DNA of 57,626 bases from Hydrurus foetidus (GCA_900617105.1 UYFQ01000453.1:1-57626); one strand, 5' to 3'; positions 1 through 28,250 are shown, counted from the stretch's first letter. Numbers and translations: made by a program. The notes: generated from the sequence alone by a model not told the origin.

Positions 1-112
1 ATCCTATCCTATCCTCCAATTCATTTCATTTCATTTCATTTCATTTCATTTCAGTTCTACTGATTGAAACTATCTAATAGAAATCAATAATTAGATTCGT
101 CGACAGCCGTAC

Positions 113-2075
113 CTGCGATAGTCATCCTCGCTTCATCTCTGACCCTTAAAAGTAACAGTCCCCTCTCAGCACAGTTAATGGTGATTTGACGAATCAATTC
201 ATCTGTAATTATCGCAGAGAAATAGAGTAGAAGAAAAATGTAAAGGAAGAGTTGAAAAGAGGCAGGGATTAAGAAAAAAAAAGGGATGAATTTATATCAG
301 AAAGAAGCGAGGAGGAAACGAATGATGAATAAGGAGATCAGATAATGAGATGAGAATGTGAAATGAGATAATGAGATGAGAGAATGAGAAAATATGTGTG
401 ACAAAAACAAAAAATAAATGTCCGAACAACTCAGCGTACGTACCGAAGCATTGACAGTACAGCTCTTCTCTGACTGGACAAATGCCAGTCTCCCTTGCTT
501 GACGGGATTGCAATTGATGGTCCAAATGCTCCTAATGTGTCAGTATTTAGTACGACATTCAGTGTGACTTGATTATATCTTCTTTTGAATTATTTGTTTA
601 AGTTGTTGTTTACATCATTTGCCATCAAATTCATATCGGAAAAAAATCAATCTTCATAACTTGGGATATATCAACATAACCAATGTAAGCAAATCGATGC
701 GTATTTCGTCATTGTAATCGTTTACAATGAAAGAAATGCTCTCATAGCCTATTTGCTGTTGCGTACTGCACTGAAGTGCATGACATCAATAGATTTAAAG
801 TGACCCCAGATAACACTGTATGACGAATTAAACAACAAATCATACTACACTACACTGCATTGAACTCCACTGCCCTACTCTACACTGCACAGCACTCCAC
901 TATACTGCACTGCACCACAATGCACAACGTCATGTCATCATAAATGTGAGTCATATACCTGGAGATTGACAACATCTAATCGTGTGGCAGGAGTTGATGA
1001 AACATACTGCACCCATAACTTCCCTTCTTCTGTCCACTCCCTGCACGTCAGAAGAAGAAGAAGTAGAAGAAGAAGAAGAAGATGGGAAAAAAGAAAGAGG
1101 TCGAAAGAGAATGAGAATATAAAAGAAGAAAGTTTTGAATGATTGAAGAGTTAAGGAAACATTACAATAAAATAAAAGAGATTCTTATTGTGGTGGTAAG
1201 GGACTGTAAATATTTGCGTATGTGTTGGCTAATTGTGTATGCGCCGATAAATGTTCTAGAAATTTACCACTTATTCTGTGAGCTTGCTGATTAAAATAGC
1301 TGCCGTAGAAATATTAAAAATAAAAGAATTGTTCTAGAAAGGGATGTTTCAATCCAGCATTACAGCAACCTGATCATATCGTTCGTTCAAAATGTTTTGA
1401 GTGTGAAAAATAAAGATGATGGTATTGATAATTGGTACCGCAAATGACTATCAGAATAACCTTTCGTCATCGTAATTGATCATACTGCTAGGACTACATT
1501 ATTCCTCATCAACTAGTGCATTCTAGAAGTCATGCCTTAAATTCTGTGTATATCATCCTAGTAATTTATGCTGTAGAATAGAAGACCATTGAGTGAGTTG
1601 GGAGAATATAGAATACAGAAATAAACAGAATACAGAAGAGCTTCGAGTAACCTTTGACAATCACAGCAATGTCAAGAGTTCGCAGATTTATTACGAAGCA
1701 GTTACAGAAACTCAGGGATTCAAAATATACATATTTCCAACAAGATTTCAGGAGCGGGTATGCCTACCCATCGAGCTGCTCTCAATTGATTGAATAACAC
1801 AATCTGATGATGACTCACGATACAGATGCTGTCATGAAAATTCGTTATCAGCAGTCATTGGAGAAGAAATTGGGAGGTACCTCTCGGAAGTTTGATCATA
1901 AGTGATGGATAAGTACAAACCTTGGTGGTAAAATTGAATTTAGAATATCCTCTGTCTGGGTAGTCTGTTTGTCAGAGTTACCAACTTTCTTGATTCCCTT
2001 TTTGATATTTTTCGTTCCAGTTGTGTTGACAAGTATTGGTGTATGATATTTTACAAGACTTCCAGCGTTCTGCAT
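113..2075 (-). CDS. DNALI1: Axonemal inner-arm dynein light chain p28, 3'-partial
   Basis: Exons 2075-1921, 1040-959, 531-444, 202-113 (GT-AG) give MQNAGSLVKYHTPILV...TEDILNSILPPREWTEEGKLWVQYVSSTPATRLDVVNLQEHLDHQLQSRQARETGICPVREELYCQCFDELIRQITINCAERGLLLLRVRDEARMTIA, the conserved p28 core. Remaining exons lie left of position 1. Confidence 0.96.
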
Positions 2076-2863
2076 TTTTCTTCGTAGCTAATGAAATTTA
2101 TCGAGTGATGAGTATTTTTCCCCGGCAGAAAATTTTGAGCTAAGCAGCGAATATAAAGAGAACTCTGAGCACTTGATCGATGGATGTCAGTTGGATGAGA
2201 GTTTTTTGTATTTGAAGACATTTAGATAGGAGATATACTGAAAGGTAAACGTAACGCTTCGAAAAGAAAGTGAAACGACTTGATCCGTCCGTACGAAGCG
2301 TTCATAAAATGTTTCACAAGCGTCTGTTTCTTTGCTACTGTCGCATTCCTTGGACTTCTAATGACTGATAGGATCACGGATGCTATTTATTCGTTACTGA
2401 ATAAGAAAAGCGTGTAACACTTATGAGTTATGTTGTTACGAAGGGGCAGAAATGTGTGATTTTATTGCCTCCTATTCGACAAAAAAAAAGAGAAAATGTG
2501 TCGTGTAACGCAGAAAATTTTGGAGCTCTGTCGGCAGCTTCGCGAGATTGTGGTATTGGTTGGTGTTACAATTTTCATATTAGTAGTCAATCAGTCGATA
2601 TGTTATTTGAAGCGATTATTGTACTGCTTATTTACTTACTCTTGTTAACTCATAATAATTCGGCTCAATTTCATTTGAGTTCGAATCGTCTCTTCCAGCT
2701 CACTACGTAATTGCCAACGAGAATTTAGCTGCACGAAAGAACTTCATTCGCAGAAGGTGTGTTCTGTATTGTAAGATCCGTTTTAAAAAGATGCATAATG
2801 AATACGCGTTTCTACTCCCAAAAATGTATTTCGGTACCCTTCATAATAGTTGCATTAAAACCG

Positions 2864-2918
2864 GTCAGCTGATGAAACAGGAGCGCCGCGAAGTGCCCAG
2901 ATTTATCTCAGCGGTCAT
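2864..2918 (-). promoter_or_regulatory. SECIS candidate B for the selenoprotein
   Basis: Minus strand AUGA-CCGCUGAGAU-AAA...UUUCAUCAGC-UGAC: AUGA, 10 nt, AAA, with GCUGA/UCAGC pairing. Has a bulge next to the core and a long apex. About 430 nt past the stop codon. Confidence 0.3.
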
Positions 2919-3221
2919 TCTATGATGACTTTATTTGAGACACGGTGTTTTGCACGTGCAGAGGTGAAGTGGTAAGGTTGAGCGCCACGAAATAAATTTT
3001 ATTTGGTTACTTTCATTCGGATAATATTTTTCGTTGAAAGGGTGAAGGATTATTAAAAGTGATGTGCAATACGACACAAGTCGCGATATATTGGTATAAC
3101 TAATGTATGCGTTTGATTGTGATGTACGTGATATGCATTATGATAAAGAAAACGATGTCGATAATTGTGTGAGTCGGCAAGCATAATTGGTGCGAGGTAA
3201 AGTCCTCGCATTGCAGTAGCT

Positions 3222-3287
3222 CAATTTTATCAAGCCAATGAGTACATTTCTCAACGAAAAGCAGTCATCAGGCCGTCATCCAAATCT
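3222..3287 (-). promoter_or_regulatory. SECIS candidate A for the selenoprotein
   Basis: Minus strand helix I GAUUU/AAAUU, quartet UGAC/UGAU preceded by A, helix II GGCC(U)GAUGA/UCAUUGGCU. About 70 nt past the stop. No apical AA. Folded by eye. Confidence 0.4.
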
Positions 3288-3349
3288 TAAATACTGATGA
3301 AAGAACAATCGCAACGCACAATTATCCAGGGCGATGGAGGATTTAGGCT

Positions 3350-3625
3350 TTAGGCGACCATTGAGCGAATCAAGCTGAAAAGAGCAGCTCGCTCCTCACT
3401 CCCCGCGTCGCATTTTCCTCCTCCGTTTCTCTTCGAGTGCACGAGCTGCCCAGTTTTGACGAGAGTAACCTCGAAGTTTCCGGTAGATGACGTGTCTTGA
3501 GTGGCAGTAATAGCCACTTTACCAGGAAATTCCTTCTCTAGCGCTTCTTTGAGTGAGACAAAGAAGCGCTTGTATCCTCAGCCGCCGCAATATTGGACCA
3601 TGAGTTCGAGCGGTGAGGTGGACAT
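3350..3625 (-). CDS. SELENOW: Selenoprotein W-like (Rdx family) redoxin, CxxU motif, 91 aa, intronless
   Basis: MSTSPLELMVQYCGG(U)GYKRFFVSLKEALEKEFPGKVAITATQDTSSTGNFEVTLVKTGQLVHSKRNGGGKCDAGSEERAALFSLIRSMVA*. TGA at 3580-3578 lies in YCGGUGY. Rdx hallmarks (EFPG, TGNFEV, LVHSK) follow in frame. Confidence 0.93.
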
Positions 3626-4017
3626 CGTAGTGTAGGTTTTTGGAGAGTGAAATGTTGAAGTGGTGAGTGTAGCTTTGTCAGTGCCGAGCGGAGTTCTTTA
3701 CAGAAACATATTCCATATATTCCTGTTTCCTGTCGACATCGACTTGTCGATTGTAGACTGCGTGCGATAATAGACGATTTTTTCGGACTTCGGTTTCCTA
3801 TGTCCGGCTAATCCTGTTAAATCCGGCCAAACCTGCCAGTTAAAAATTTAAAAGGAGTGCTGATAGGCCAGTCCAGTTTTAGTTTTCGGTGAGTAAGAAA
3901 CGGTCTTACGGACCACTTGGATTGATGATAGATCGAGAGTGTTGATTGCTGCCAACCAGCACTCGCACTTCGTCAAAGGCTCCCTGCAACTTGTAAAGAC
4001 TGCAGAAAGCAAGAGAC
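3626..4017. promoter_or_regulatory. Probable bidirectional promoter region (SelW / DEAH helicase)
   Basis: Divergent ATGs separated by 392 bp. Confidence 0.55.
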
Positions 4018-13512
<9,495 letters not shown>

Positions 13513-13705
13513 AAATTTAACTGCGTTACCACACGATGTACGATGTCCAGTATTTGGTATTTATTCAAACATAAATAATATGCTTCCTCTCAATTAAAAC
13601 TGCACAGATTCATTTATTAGTTTTCATTTTACTCCTCTGATTTGTTTCAATGAATCTAAGGACGTGAAATTGAAAAATCACTCGTTGGCGATGTTGAAGA
13701 GATCT

Positions 13706-13868
13706 AGGCTCCTCACTCATTCTAGGTCCACGTTTAATCTGGACCCACCCCTATAAACGACAATTACCTGTACCGTACTGTTTTCAGTTTTCAGTACGGT
13801 CAGTTAATTGTCGTGTGTAGGGGTGGGTCCAGATTAAACGTGGACCTGGAATAAATAATGTGGAGCCT
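13706..13868. mobile_element. Palindromic MITE-like element
   Basis: 13724-13847 is a near-perfect hairpin (aggtccacgtttaatctggacccacccct...aggggtgggtccagattaaacgtggacct). Outer arms aggctcc/ggagcct. No clear TSD. Confidence 0.7.
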
Positions 13869-14195
13869 TGAGATGGTCAGAACTCAGAACGTGTAACGTA
13901 CAGTACTTCAATACCGAAGGTTCTTCAGTTTTAAAAAAGTTCTGTGCCAGAAAGAAGAAAGAACATGTTGTCTGATGCCGATGTTGTCTCCCACCGTGTT
14001 ACGCATTACCTCCTCTTACTTTGTTCAAATAACATCTCTTATGAAAGCAATCAACTCCACGATCATTATCTTGGTGATTTCGGAGGAGCCTGTGAGTTGA
14101 AGTTATCTGCAAAGTTACAAGGAAAGTTGTCATATCCCTGCCCGTGAAGGAGTTTTGAAGCGACAACAAGTTATTGAAAATTTCCATTCCTTACA

Positions 14196-17100
14196 ATGCG
14201 ACCAACTTACAAGCAACTTCTAAAATTGTCCCTGAGAGGAGCTGCTCGTCCAGCAGTCGGTAGGGGAGGATATTCAAAGTGGTTTGTCAAAGAAGTCTTA
14301 CTGAGCCCGCAGACACCGCGCCTAGTATTCTTAGTTTTTGGAGCGGGCGCCGCTGCAGCATACTACTCAATCAACAGCTCAGGTGGCAAGAAAGATTCCA
14401 GAGATGCCGGTCACGACATTCTTGTTGAACGGTACAATGACAGATTAACTAAATATGCAACGTCGGTGCACGTTGCGATGAATGCACACATAGAATCTGC
14501 TCAATCAGTCCGAAAATCGATGGATTTGCAACGAGCTCTGAGTCATGGATTTAACGACATGACGAGGGAGCAGCTACTCCTCATTCAAGCCGTGCAAAAA
14601 GACAGGAATCGATCGATGGTAGCCATCACAGCTGAGAGAGATCTCGCCAACATAAAACTGAGAAATAGAATTGTGAATGCAACTGATACGAAGGACATCA
14701 ATTCCGAAGAAGAAAAAGTAATCTCCGATATTGCATTGAAAGAAGCGAAAGTGGAGATCTCATTCTGGGCCAAAGTTTTAGAGATTTGCACGCCAGAGCA
14801 AAAAAAAAAACTTGCAAGCACCACTACTTTCCTAGGAACGTACCAAGACAGAGGAGTAGCCCCTCTACTACCCCAATGCTTCACCGTGCTGACGCACTAC
14901 TTATCACCGGCAGCAAGACCTCATGTCTTTGTTTTGAAATTTGATGGTAAGTGTAGGTGTCACATCTTTTCGTTCTATAATTATGACTGATGAATGAATG
15001 GATGGATGAATTGATGAAAGCATATTTTAAGAGTAATGTAAGACTATTAGGGTGGAGCTAACAGCCCTGCATACACTTACTCCGGAATTTATCTCAAAAC
15101 ATTTTGCAAGTATGACTGCTTTCCTGTTACGAGTAGTAAAATTTTTACCCCAAATTTTGTCACCCAAGGCAAGGGCGTGCCCTAGGGGAGGGGGAAGGGC
15201 TCCTTACGTAAATTGTTCATTCTTTATATCGTCATCAGATCCCATTTCTCACCATATATCACACTTTATCACACTGTAGGTGACATGGCCGCATCCCAAG
15301 TGGTGGGATTGACTGAAGAAATAACAGCGATTGTCATGAATGCGAAACCAGAGAGAGGAGATAAGGTGAGAAACTTAATGCTCAGAATCACTCTCCCTGT
15401 CCGTACTCTTATTTTCGTACGTTCAAAAGAGGAAAATTACTTCCGAACCAACATCATCTCCCAAACTCATATCAGCGAGAAGATTACTAACTTCATGCAC
15501 CGTATCACGGGGAGACTTGTGTGTTGTGTGGTGCTGATTGATTTTAGCCGCACTTCAAATATGACGATAAAACAGACAACCCAATCCAGCGATTGTCAGA
15601 CTTGACTGCTATTTCAATACTGTACTTTTTTACTGAGTCTCTCTTTCGCATGATTGATGATCTTCTCTACCTCTATGAACCTAGGTAGTGGTACTTCTCA
15701 ATTCTGGAGGGGGAACAGTCACTGGTTATGGGCTGGCAGCTGCTCAATTGGCAAGACTGAAAAAGTGCAATCTAGGTATGATATATATTACCTGGTAACA
15801 AGATAATTCTTGTTTTTAACATTATTGATTTGATGTTTTATTATTCTTACTTAAAACTGGAATGCTTTACGTCTTCTCTTGAATTTGGTGAATTTCGGGA
15901 TGATTTCCCTTTACTTTTTGACGCGTAAATTCAACTCAGAATAACGTATCACACTTTTTACCACTGATGGTGCGTACGTTTTCTGTTTCTGATTTCTTGA
16001 TAACAATATTATCGAATAATTCTTGTCACGCGGCACCAATAACAATTTCTGTAATCTATTTTTTCACTCACTTCAATTCATACTTATACTTCTTCCTTGT
16101 ATTTCTCCTTTATATTTCTTTCATTCCCATAGAGCTGATAGTGTGTGTCGATCAAGTAGCGGCAAGTGGGGGATACATGATGGCTGCCGTGGCAGACACA
16201 ATCGTAGCTGCTCCATTTTCAATGCTAGTAAGTCAAACAAATAATTACACTTATACTATTTCTCATTTCTCAAACCAAAATCCGTCAAGTTCTCAATATT
16301 TGAATTTTTCGTTAAGTTATTTTTAACGTAATCTGTAACTCCCTGTAATGCACCTCGACTAAATTCCCAATCTAATGACAATGTCGCACTACTATTTAAT
16401 TGTATAGGGGAGTATTGGAGTGGTTGCTGGCATGCCCAATTTCAGTGAGAGGATGAACAGAGAGGGAGTGGACTACGAAGAAGTCACCGCGGGTGCGTAC
16501 TTTGATTTGTATGTGTTGATCTGTTTGTCTATGTGTCTGTCTAATTATTTGTGAATATGCCTATCTCTATGATTGTCCGTTTATCTGTTTTTTTATCTGT
16601 TTGTTTGTCCGCCTGTCTGTCTGTGCGAATATCTGTATATCTGTCTGTGAATCTGACTGACTGATGGACGTAATAGTCCCGCATTCCCATGTTATCAGAT
16701 ACAGCAGTGCTATGCCATTCACCACCTCTACTCCACTCAAAGAAATTCTTATCATTCACCGAATTTGACTGATTATATGACACTTAATGTCAATAACTTT
16801 CTCGCTCCTGTTTGCGACACTCTAATATATTCGGTGCTCTCTCACTCTCCCATCTTTTTATTCAACCAGCCACTCTCTCATCTCTGAAATTTATCTCTAA
16901 ATCCTCTCATTCTAAACATACCCTTTCATGTCACCTTTACTAGGTAAATACAAGCGTACGATGACACCATTCAAACCACCGACTGAGGAAACAAGAGGGA
17001 AAGTACAATCTGAGATTGGGGAGATGATGCGAATATTTAAATCGTTCATCACAGTGCATCGTCCTAAGATGGACGTTGAGTTGGTGGCAACAGGAGAGGT

Positions 17101-18087
17101 ACGAGATAACAAAATCCATCGATGTTTGAGAGATTATTATCGTGTAAAGCAGCAGGAGAATAAAATATGCATTTTGAGCGCTGTAGGAAACACCGTTTCT
17201 ACCTTATATTCTTGGATGTGACTTATATTTCTTTGGTAACATTGCGAATTTGCGTAGGGTCCAACCATACAAGACACAATAATTGCACAATAAGTAGAGT
17301 ATATGTGAATTTTATTTTTTTACCTTTCGAAAAGTGGTTGTCATCCCCTCTCATCCTTAAAACTCCTTTCCATCAATTAGTTCTGTCTTCTTTACTTCTG
17401 TCTATTCCACCTCTTCCTCCTCACTTCATTCCATTCCCCTTCCTTTCCTTCTTTTCTGTTTAGGTGTGGCTTGGCACCGATGCTTTGAAACTCGGATTGT
17501 GCGACAGTCTAGCAACGGGAGAAGAGGTGAACTACTGTTTTTAATGTTTATTATGCCTGCATATGCTGTCATTACCATTTCAAAATCAAGTGATTTGTTT
17601 ACTCTACCAACGTATGATGTATGATATATCATTTCACTTTATTTTTTTGATAATGAGAAGGGAACTGATATTTTGATCACTTAGGAATTGCCATAAACGA
17701 ACAGACAGAACATTCATGATAGTAAATACATCACTCACAGTACCCTGTACCTTTTATTCCCACCATTAGGTGTTGCTTCGTCTTCGCAACGGAGAAGGAG
17801 CCACTGAGGATTCGAAAAAAGATTTGCCAGCAGAAGTGTATTATCTTACATATCAAAAGAAAGTACCATTTCCACCTCTTATAAAAAAATTGTTTGGAGG
17901 TTTAGATGATGCTTCATCAGGACAATATAGTGGGATTAGTTTATTGAATGCACTACATCTTCTGACACAATTGCTGGGCGTTGGTTCCTTATCTGGTGGG
18001 AGTAATAATGGATTTCCTTTACTTTCTTCTCTGGGTGATATTGACGATATTGGCGGAGCACAACAAGGTCCTAAATACTACATGTAA
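14196..18087 (+). CDS. sohB: Peptidase family S49, SohB-like, 8 exons, predicted presequence plus TM anchor
   Basis: Exons ~14196-14946, 15280-15365, 15685-15775, 16133-16227, 16407-16492, 16944-17098, 17464-17526, 17770-18087 give VFVLKFDGDMAASQV.GLTEEITAI, NSGGGTVTGYGLAAAQLARL, VDQVAASGGYMMAAVAD, GSIGVV, TAGKYKRT, VATGEVWLG. Confidence 0.9.
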
Positions 18088-19295
18088 CACATATGATGTT
18101 GCTAACTGTGACTCCTCGTGATCTGTAAGTGATTGGATGGATGGAGAATGAACACATTCTATCGATATTATGGACAGGGATAAATTGTTCAATATGGCGG
18201 TCAGCTTTGAAAACGAATTGAATTAAAATTTTGAAATGAATTGTATTGAATCTAGTAGTGTAGTATACTGACTATTCACCATAAATTTGATCACTGTGGG
18301 AATGTATGTATTTAATAACGAGAAGTAATGCATACATCACAGTGTGACAAAAATGTGACATCACATTTTTGTAAGGAATAAAATGAAGCAGGCAGATATT
18401 TTATACCGTATCATAACTATTCCACATTGCATCACATGTGATGACATCAGCAAATCAAATCAAATGAAATTTATTCAATTGTATGAAGCAGTAGGCCAAC
18501 ACTGGCAACGGCATACTATATATACAGATAGTCACTCACCTGATCTTATCAGCGAGTCATACTGTCGATCATATTAAAAGTATTCCATCTTATCCTATCT
18601 TATTCTTATTTTCATACTCGAAAATGGCTTGAAAGAACCCGCTCAATATTCGTCAAAATAAAGTTGAATACACCCTAGAACTTCTTGTTCAGGTGCATTT
18701 CGGACATTGTTTCGTGACACCATGGACAATCGTCTTACAATCTCGATGATAACTTGATGGCTGACTGGAAGAAGCGACATCACTAATATCGCGTACATGA
18801 GAAATGATTATGTACTGCCAATTCACTACGGTGTATAGCACAATGCGGTGCCAATCGACAGCGAAGTGTGCTGTAGTAAAGTTAAGTTAAGATACTGCCG
18901 TCTGTACAATAGCATGATCGATATAATAGATCGTATTTTACCGCAATGGATTCAACAATACGGTAATGCGATGTCGCTGTGCGTGCTGTACATCGAGCAC
19001 TCTCCTACGAAGCTCTCAACAGCACAATGCACTGGGGAACATAATTATCGATTAGCAAAATGGGTGGCAAGGATCGATAAAAATAAGATTAAAAAATGGA
19101 GGAAACAACATAGGAGGGAAGGGGTTCGAAAGAAGGATTCTGAACCATAATCATCCGAATTTGCACCAATTCCACCTTTTTTGATCATCGATAATTGCCA
19201 TTCAATGCACTGTAAGATTATGAGAAAAAGAGCGGCAGGACTGTGCAATACCCACTATATATAAAACTGCACTATATCTACCCTCCAGCATTTTG

Positions 19296-19412
19296 TCAAA
19301 ACAGAATAAAAAGTCCGACGATACTGATGAATCCAAGGTGGAAATGGTGATTTCAACTAACTTAAAACTGATTTCATTCTGTGTTTTGGACATTTAATTC
19401 TGTCGGAATTAT
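19296..19412 (-). mobile_element. Degenerate MITE copy, same family as 48435-48559, opposite orientation
   Basis: Internal gaatccaaggtggaaatggtgatttcaac is the reverse complement (1 mismatch) of gttgaaatcaccatttccacctcggattc in the other copy. Eroded TIRs acagaataaaaagtcc / ggacatttaattctgt. Confidence 0.85.
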
Positions 19413-19947
19413 ACTTCGCTGTACTTCACTGTGTGTGTCTGTAACGTAACGTACGATTCTCTTCATGCACTAATCTCATAAAAGCAGGAGTGGTAGAATA
19501 AATGTTGCGTCACATTTCGTTGACAACAATTCAACACACTTCCCAGCCGGTAGTTGATGTTTCTGATCTTATCAATATTCTGGAGTACTCTTCTCTCTTG
19601 GTATCTTTCATTCGATTCTGGTTTCAAATTGTTGAGACATTAAAAATTGAAAAATTAACGTAAACAGTGTTTACTTGTGATAAACAGATTATGTTAAATT
19701 TTAAACAAAAATAAATACTGAAGTACTAAATAAACATGATTCTATATTAATTATATACTAAACTGCTGTAGGAAAATAAAAGAGGCAAGAGAGGAACGGT
19801 AACAAATATGTTTGGTCAAAAAAACAACAATAGGGATTTCTATAATCTCAATCAGCATCTAATAAACCCCTTCTGACAGCTTTTCAATAGCAGGACAGTC
19901 TTTAATGTCTCTCCTCAAATACCGATTACTTTCCGTCTGATCTAAGC

Positions 19948-25920
<5,973 letters not shown>

Positions 25921-26287
25921 GATAACTAGAACTCCAACTAATGGGAATCTGTCTCTAGAGCTTCTGAAGATGGCTATGACGCGTCGCCGTAGATTGCACT
26001 GTCGAACTGCTGCTCATCATCAGGCAAACATTGGCGAGACTTGTGGCTACCGGATTAACGGGGTTACCGGTATGTTGATGTTGGATTTACCGTACTTGAG
26101 GCTAAAAATCTTTTCTTGGAAACTGGGACATCTAAATCCATCGACTGTCTCTGGTCTCTTTAGATATAAAGTTCTGAATTCATTGGCACGATGTCACCAT
26201 TTCAATGATCTTGTTATATAATCGACGCAAAATAATTTAATTTTTGATAAACTTGAGGCAATTTACGCCACTTTACATATTACCATT

Positions 26288-26504
26288 TACCGTAGCAGCA
26301 TAAAATGTTTGCTTTTCATGCCCGAAATCCAACTCAAACGTGTGTGTGGCATGGTCAAAAACTGACCCCACACCATACTAAAAATTAATAAGAGGAAGGT
26401 TCCCCAGATTTTTTGCTTTTTTAGTATGGTGTGGGGTGATTTGGACGTGACATGAGGTGGTGGAGTTTTGGGCACGAAAACGGACATTTTACACTGCTAC
26501 GGTA
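26288..26504. mobile_element. Tc1/mariner-like MITE, 213 bp with TA flanks
   Basis: TIRs of about 43 bp (ccgtagcagcataaaatgtttgcttttcatgcccgaaatcca vs ccgtagcagtgtaaaatgtccgttttcgtgcccaaaactcca), TA on both sides, plus a perfect 20-bp internal inverted repeat accccacaccatactaaaaa. Confidence 0.85.
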
Positions 26505-26989
26505 ATACAGCAGTCAATCTATAATGAAGATTTCTGATTCTGGCATTATCAATTATCATCATCAATCCGAATTTTAGAAATATTGGTATCTGTCATTGGC
26601 TGATCAAAACTGCGGAGAACGCCACGTCTTCGCATCCAAACAACTTTCTTCAAGGTTTTTATAAAGGTGTCCTCATTTTTCATTTTGCTGACTAGATATC
26701 TTGTCAAAACAAACGGTGAAATGACAACACCTATCAGAATGTTCCGACACGGATTTCACAAACACGAATATTCTACTGCCAGTCATCCAACACATAACAG
26801 TACCAACGAGTAGAAAACATTATCATCCAGCTGTAAGCTCATCGTTAACAAGTGACCTCTCATCGCGAGAAGTGACCATCTGAAACGTTGGGCAGCATAT
26901 TGAGTCATTCATTCTGAAAAGTTTTGAGATTTGATGGTTTAGTTTCGAAAAGATCGACAGCGAAATCACAGCAGCAGAGCAAGAGTATC

Positions 26990-28250
26990 ATGCGATCTCA
27001 AGCAATAGCACTATGGACACTTGCTGTACTGGAGATGATCTGGCAGACATCTTCCTTCCGCAGCTATAACCGTCCTGTATACAATCATCCAAGCACTGAC
27101 TATCGGTATCAGTCTGAAACTCTGGATTTCCGATATCAGTCAGAACTTTCCAGTAGCAGATTTCCTTTCGCTCTTCAAGCAGCTCTGAGACTTGATCAAA
27201 CAGTGGATATAATAAAGGAGACAGTACTGTTATCCAAAATAGCTGGACATTATGTGAAGGATATCAGACCAAAAGGTTACTGAGACTCGCCTTCTGCAAT
27301 CTCTGTTGTATGAAATGTTCTGTAGAAAGGATCTGCATCAAAACTACGAATTCATCAGGACGCTAAGATTAGCTTTCACTGCACTACATACAGGAGGGAC
27401 AACTTATTCGTGTCTATGTCCATTTCACGATGACAAGAATCCATCTTGCACTCTATCGGATGATAAAGGTACATCAACAGCTTACACTCTTTTTGTTGAT
27501 TTATTAGAACTATCAATATCATCGCTGTAGGATCGATAATTTCACACTTTCTCTGGTATTATCATATGAAATCACTTAGCGCACTGTCTGTTCTTATGAC
27601 AACTTTCTTAAGTTCCTGATATATTGCGATAAATGTGTAACACCTCAAACCTCAAAAATCCGAACGTATCGCAATGTTTGTATGACCCCTCGACACCGTT
27701 TTATTTCTTAGGATTATTCTATTGCTTCTCATGTGCAACTGGTGGAGACATAATCACATTCGTACAAAAACTGGAAATGTGCAGTTACAAAGACGCAGTA
27801 CAGAAAATAGTTCTTCTTGAAAAATTGGACATCAATATTGAGAACACGAATGACGGTGGTAGAGCATCAGGGCTATATAATCAACAAAAAAAAATCGAAA
27901 ATATTTTGAAATTAGCAGCTATTTATTATACTTCAAAAATGGGTTCTGATCCTAACGCAATGGCCGCAAGAAAACATTTAATTTCCCGTAAAATACGGCC
28001 AGATACGGCTTTTAAATTTCAAATAGGATATGCTCCCCGGCCAACATTCCCGTCCGGAAGTCCGTTTAAAGATACCGGGTCTGACGGGAGACCCGTCTCA
28101 GAGTCGATAACTGCCAATTTGACAGGTATAGTTTATTACCAATTTGAATAATGTTCATTGTTGTTTTGTGTCGCTTACTATGATGTGGACAATATGTGAA
28201 GTGCTAAATGCTCAAGTTGCGACAAGATGGTAATTGTGATTGCAGGGATT

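Noticed and set aside
2423..2710. 95-aa plus-strand ORF between DNALI1 and SelW
   Set aside because: No recognisable motif or splice context; likely chance ORF.
15047..15210. taggg...cccta segment in SohB intron 1 as a hAT MITE
   Set aside because: Inverted match only about 5 bp and no 8-bp TSD.
18640..19250. Short ORFs between SohB and aspartokinase
   Set aside because: No motifs and no consistent exon chain.
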